From positions 7,274 to 71,273 of the forward strand of contig JBJOJZ010000079.1 of NCBI GenBank assembly GCA_046046325.1: a stretch of 64,000 bases of DNA, written 5' to 3'. Origin of the DNA: Bacteroidota bacterium. Its GTDB lineage: Bacteria; Bacteroidota; Bacteroidia; Flavobacteriales_D; Crocinitomicaceae. Positions 61,301-64,000 of this stretch are shown here, piece after piece. The number at the start of each line of letters is the position of its first letter. The stretch's first letter is position 1. A program made the position numbers and the translations under genes. Under the pieces are notes generated by a model that saw nothing but the letters and a program-made list of their open reading frames with translations, was not told the DNA's origin and did no database searches.

Positions 61301-61701
61301 ATGAGGTCAGCGTAATTCGGTTGATCGTTTTCTACCGCTGATTTCAGCGCACCGTATGCTTTCACGAATTTGGATAATTCAGGAAGCTCGTTTGAACCGT
61401 GTAAAAGTTCTTGTATTTCTGAGGGTTGCTTTTGTTGATACAAAAACTTGGAGGACTCCCGAAGCCAACCCAAGTATATGCCAAAACTGACATTTTTACC
61501 ATTCTTTAAAAACGACTTCTCAAGTTCGATTGAAACCAAGCCCGTTTCTTTATACTCGCCCAAAACAAAAGAACATAGATGCATTACTAGGCTTTCACCA
61601 AGGTCCAATAGGTACTTTTGCTTGGCCGCTTTTTCTCGTGCCCTTGCTAAATCGCTGATCGTTTTCTCAAGGTTCTTGGGGAGTTGGTTCGTGATATTCA
61701 T
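58342..61701 (-). CDS. large cytoplasmic multidomain protein: N-terminal HEPN-like (RNxxAH) region and C-terminal discoidin/F5-8 type C domain (function unknown)
   Basis: Uninterrupted ORF with no signal peptide. Motif FFDVFIQLRNRVAHPH, with RNRVAH encoded at 61213-61230. Acidic linker around 59590-59700. Discoidin signature at 58477-58869 (TYWCAAKQDDKQWWQVELPEAMSVSQLVLKG...YVTRFHIMYSVDKKNWQ...AKFIKIIP...FRVDFWG). The start is set at the ATG at 61701 (MNITNQ) because the upstream ATG (61728) lies inside the -7 box. The gene itself is well supported; the functional labels are low confidence. Confidence 0.8.
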   Translation of the reverse strand: MNITNQLPKNLEKTISDLARAREKAAKQKYLLDLGESLVMHLCSFVLGEYKETGLVSIELEKSFLKNGKNVSFGIYLGWLRESSKFLYQQKQPSEIQELLHGSNELPELSKFVKAYGALKSAVENDQPNYADLISQALKNNLGKVNLLEFFDVFIQLRNRVAHPHKEVKGKIVSWPFSEEYFDATNPFLESALNQVINELGKIWEFRQFVVDSNEQGVLTLISEDSNEPLEVTKTADYPEGIKVFAANDTVLLSDWKLLLRAGKEAVEKIRQEEEELRNKATVEDLKESIKAALDDEQISLDELNFFESIGKTRMGLSKEQVKALIVSVATELNIEDPFPEVDKRFIEVVDHAITTKTYNEFLLKLTGQQYGVDNVTFDKVFLERTFALNVDPDEVRRNKVLQFTIEELTDFQGLMAAHKWLIGMGVFRHATKESIFKIREDSYKFGTKEYWHRTAFASLDHFVQSRLTKLCLDEDSEWDTKQNNWQIGVMTGYAWCTLYPKNLPSKKILALHFSLYSSGGAAIGYLPDWKDYKDLENYGLLLNVFVEHLKSFAMEYSEDLKKYPNLVLWDSLNNNTYYSFTESMSRFPWFYDFIYGFDQIQFYHKVEEIIANPSVLIDSFDIAFNLFKGVFEAVNRDYQNMLNGSYVIDQDEALIRSKLTSLEDLLLGCGLSEATEEDLPSDQGGDEVDEGMETQDSSDNQLSNDGLKGSVHLGYFSREFRPRIKGYPLCISFQIKQDYFNNELNYLIYISCAGYLQPEIHEPVERILESLEGLSFENARFHFKRSKFLVQCKVEDLERFDPRPLTSFFLTALADACSKSYVSFLGLKLTQPVLTRFGNSMAEVLEEINPSLQGLFSNTITRERNWMKGYRFLDYVYSGKGVAHWLGWGLEFQQDQMMAGVVLHVGDSLKGAQLMEQMQNKANNDSSWKFVTKGEAALNDPYWILSNSSAVMTSSSDYNRNYKAHHALISNEKTYWCAAKQDDKQWWQVELPEAMSVSQLVLKGAPHGKSYVTRFHIMYSVDKKNWQTLSDLEGLNDGFSTLELTFESAFNAKFIKIIPVAFFGWPGFRVDFWGKKIVPSKIELQHWVPVNNEQELPKVLAEFEHKIKEIKAFKGLGF

Positions 61702-61721
61702 GCTAAAGATAATCTGTAGGG

Positions 61722-61729
61722 CAAACATA
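61722..61729 (-). promoter_or_regulatory. candidate -7 box for the 1119-aa HEPN-motif/discoidin gene
   Basis: TATGTTTG on the minus strand. It contains the ATG of the longer track ORF. 20 nt to the ATG at 61701. Confidence 0.45.
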
Positions 61730-61783
61730 CCTATTTTGAACCATTAGAATATCACATAAACATAATTATTTATCCAATTTATC

Positions 61784-61791
61784 TACCTTTG
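61784..61791 (+). promoter_or_regulatory. candidate -7 box for the DHH-motif ORF
   Basis: TACCTTTG. 16 nt to the ATG at 61808. Confidence 0.45.
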
Positions 61792-61807
61792 TTGACTCAA
61801 CCAAGCT

Positions 61808-64000
61808 ATGAAGTTTCACTACCATTTTATCCCACAGGGTGCAAGGGCTACTCACAACCTTGAAGAAAACACATTTACGGTGGATTACAATGCCGGAACG
61901 CGTGATAAACCGAACGCTGTTGTATTGAAACTTCCTGCGGATCAGACGGTCATTTTGGATACGGGAAATTTACTCCAACCTGGAATCATCGACCACCATC
62001 AGCCCGGTTGTGAATACAGTAATCAGTGCGTGGCATCCATTGTTGTACAACATGCAGAAAAATATCTGGGACATTGCCTCGGCAAAGATGAAGTTCATAT
62101 CGTGACGCATTTCTTGCCCGATTTAGACGCCATAAGTGCGGTTTATTTTGCTCAAAAATTCCTCAGCGGCCAACCGTTCAGCGCATTCGACGGATTGTTT
62201 TGCGATTATGTTAACATGGTGGATTTAGGAAAACTCATCCTTGATCCAGATCATCCCGTTGGTATTGCTTCGCTCTGGTTAAGCCATACGTCCAATGTTG
62301 ATTACGGGATCGCCTTTACCCAGGACTTCAACAAAAAACTACTTCAACAAGGTTTATCCTTCATCGAAGCGGTAATAACCGTAACTGAAGAAGAAGAGAA
62401 CCCTTGGATCAACCACGGATTTGACGAAGTAGCAAGCCTTCAGCCTCATTGCGACAAAATCATCAATGATGCGCACCAGTACGCAGAAGATTTTAAAAAC
62501 TCAGTTACTGGAATTGTGGAACTATACAACGCTGAAACAAGAGGATTCGACGAGGTTGAAGTCATCATTTCGAAAGAAGCAAAGAGTTTTCTGTGGAAAT
62601 ATTGGGTGCGCGGTGATCGTCGAAACACCTTGTTTAAAAGAGGGTTTGTTCTCACTTGTTTGCACTATCCGAATAAATCGATTATCAGCGTTCCTTCCAA
62701 CCTCCCATATCACTTGAAAGGATTGGGATTGTACATCGATAGCCTTGAAATTAAAGGGCTTTTAGCGCATAAAAATCAGCCGGAACTAACGGCAGCAATT
62801 GATGCCTTGGTAACAGGTAGCGAAGGCACCCCGAGGGTTGGATTTCACCGAAACGATCCATGGTATGATGGGCGTGGGGCCCACAATTTCACCATCATCG
62901 ACGTTCCACGAGCCGGTAGCTTGTTGGACCACGAAACCCTTGACGCCTCCATCTTCGCCTATCGTTTATGGAATGAATTTGGTCAAAAATTTAACCTAAC
63001 ATCCTTGGATGTTGCATCCCAAGAAGCCTTGTCGGCGGTAGAAGAACTTGCATTGAACGAACGTCCCTATTTTAATAAAACCAATGACAATTCCTCACTG
63101 CATTCTCAGATTGACGCCTACCACATTCGATTGGGTGTTAAACAGGTTCAATACCTATTGAATTCCTACGTTGACCATACGCATGACTTGAGCGAACGAA
63201 ATGTACAAAGTATCAAAGAATGGGTGGAAACGGCGGGTAACCATATTGAAGCATTAGTGACCGAACCCAGTAACGACGTATTCATCAATTCGGATCGCAT
63301 CAAAGATTTCATGATGGAACTCCATCGGATTTCCTTTTCCCAGTATGCCTTTATTGTTAAAGTTCGGCATTGGAGCACGTTGTTGGCGAAATACATTGCG
63401 GAAGGATTCTCCTTTTTTCACTCAAGGGCGTTTGACGACCAAAAAAACGAGCTAGTTGAAAAGTTGGAGCCCTACATTAATCCGACGTTTGCGAGAACCA
63501 TGCTCGATGTGTGCCAAAGCCTACCGGTAAAATCGTTTTCGTTGCTCTTCATTAAAATCGAAAAGGACATTAAGAATTCCGATTTGTTTTACTCCTTATT
63601 GGCCTATCAGAGCGTTTTCAGTCGAGCGTTTTCTCCTCAGTCTATTCAAGAGTTTTTTACAGGTAACGTAAAAATATCTTCCGACTGTTCGGACCTGGTG
63701 GGTGCCATTGAATACGAAAAATGGGATGAACCTTTCTTTGAAGAGATACCATTGTATTCTTATAATAGCATCAAGAACTATGCTGACGATTTATTCCACT
63801 TGCTCGAAATGGAAAATCCGGGGGCTTTGAGAATGGAGGCTTTGCACGAATTCCAACAAACCGATTTTAAGCAAATCTTCGATGTTCAGTTGAACGCAAA
63901 TTCCCATAAATCCCTTGAAAAATTAACCACCTTTTTTTCGGAAAATAAACAACAAATAGTAAAACAACTTTTTGGGGAAAATTGCAAAAATTTACGCAAG
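61808..64000 (+). CDS. large ORF (at least 731 aa, 3' end outside window) with DHH/MYG1-like phosphoesterase motifs; absent from the supplied ORF track
   Basis: The ATG at 61808 is the first start after an in-frame TGA (61793-61795). I translated the frame by hand to nt 64000 (731 codons) without meeting a stop. Motifs: VILDTGN-x8-IIDHHQ (DHH at 61991-61999), HFLPDLDAIS (62108-62137), DGRGAHNF (62867-62890). A perfect -7 box lies 16 nt upstream. The gene itself is well supported; the functional label is low confidence. Confidence 0.8.
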   Translation, partial: MKFHYHFIPQGARATHNLEENTFTVDYNAGTRDKPNAVVLKLPADQTVILDTGNLLQPGIIDHHQPGCEYSNQCVASIVVQHAEKYLGHCLGKDEVHIVTHFLPDLDAISAVYFAQKFLSGQPFSAFDGLFCDYVNMVDLGKLILDPDHPVGIASLWLSHTSNVDYGIAFTQDFNKKLLQQGLSFIEAVITVTEEEENPWINHGFDEVASLQPHCDKIINDAHQYAEDFKNSVTGIVELYNAETRGFDEVEVIISKEAKSFLWKYWVRGDRRNTLFKRGFVLTCLHYPNKSIISVPSNLPYHLKGLGLYIDSLEIKGLLAHKNQPELTAAIDALVTGSEGTPRVGFHRNDPWYDGRGAHNFTIIDVPRAGSLLDHETLDASIFAYRLWNEFGQKFNLTSLDVASQEALSAVEELALNERPYFNKTNDNSSLHSQIDAYHIRLGVKQVQYLLNSYVDHTHDLSERNVQSIKEWVETAGNHIEALVTEPSNDVFINSDRIKDFMMELHRISFSQYAFIVKVRHWSTLLAKYIAEGFSFFHSRAFDDQKNELVEKLEPYINPTFARTMLDVCQSLPVKSFSLLFIKIEKDIKNSDLFYSLLAYQSVFSRAFSPQSIQEFFTGNVKISSDCSDLVGAIEYEKWDEPFFEEIPLYSYNSIKNYADDLFHLLEMENPGALRMEALHEFQQTDFKQIFDVQLNANSHKSLEKLTTFFSENKQQIVKQLFGENCKNLRK

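Noticed and set aside
62446-63396. Four short track ORFs (63-83 aa) that are the only annotated ORFs in the last 2.2 kb.
   Set aside because: All lie inside, and out of frame with or antisense to, the uninterrupted 731-codon frame starting at 61808, which is the far more plausible gene.
57785-64000. Evidence that the terminal unknown-function module is a mobile island (integrase, transposase, tRNA target, direct repeats, composition shift).
   Set aside because: None of these is visible within the window, and composition looks similar to the core by eye. Mobility therefore cannot be claimed from this window. The downstream boundary is off-window.

Overview
This is a 64-kb, almost gap-free chromosomal segment that reads as core genome of a Bacteroidota (Flavobacteriia-like) organism. 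It is moderately AT-rich by eye (not computed). I call about 60 protein-coding genes. I recognised no rRNA, tRNA, CRISPR array, transposase or integrase. All identifications come from reading motifs by eye in the supplied translations and in my own hand translations; no database search was possible.

Content from left to right:
- FKBP isomerase (5'-truncated by the window), a lipoprotein, priA, rpoD-like sigma, trpS, plsC, gatC.
- A minus-strand array porU-porV-ispF-pyrR-pyrB-STAS-rnz facing a PorP/SprF-like gene, gldJ and murF. This is the type IX secretion (T9SS) and gliding locus.
- prfB, gcvH, gyrB, glutathione peroxidase, an OmpA-family protein, valS, DUF1573, NUDIX/pyrE, birA.
- rsfS-ftsH-cdsA-psd, then rlmI-MATE-fmt, then gpsA and aspartate kinase.
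- feoA-feoB plus a 40-aa FeoB-associated peptide that is too short for the supplied track, then corA, a SpoU methyltransferase, THX, serC-serA, cyclophilin.
- Two tandem POT peptide transporters, tatD, tcdA, ctaA and a T9SS cargo protein.

The Bacteroidota -7 promoter box TAnnTTTG sits perfectly upstream of at least 20 starts. Its spacing to the start codon falls into two classes.

The only clearly non-housekeeping stretch is the last ~6.2 kb (57785-64000). It holds three genes:
- a 168-aa membrane coiled-coil protein;
- a 1119-aa cytoplasmic protein with an N-terminal HEPN-like RNxxAH motif and a C-terminal discoidin (F5/8 type C) domain;
- a divergently transcribed ORF of at least 731 aa with DHH/MYG1-like phosphoesterase motifs. 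This ORF is missing from the supplied ORF track because it runs off the window end.

This is my best candidate for an undescribed module. Its function is inference only.
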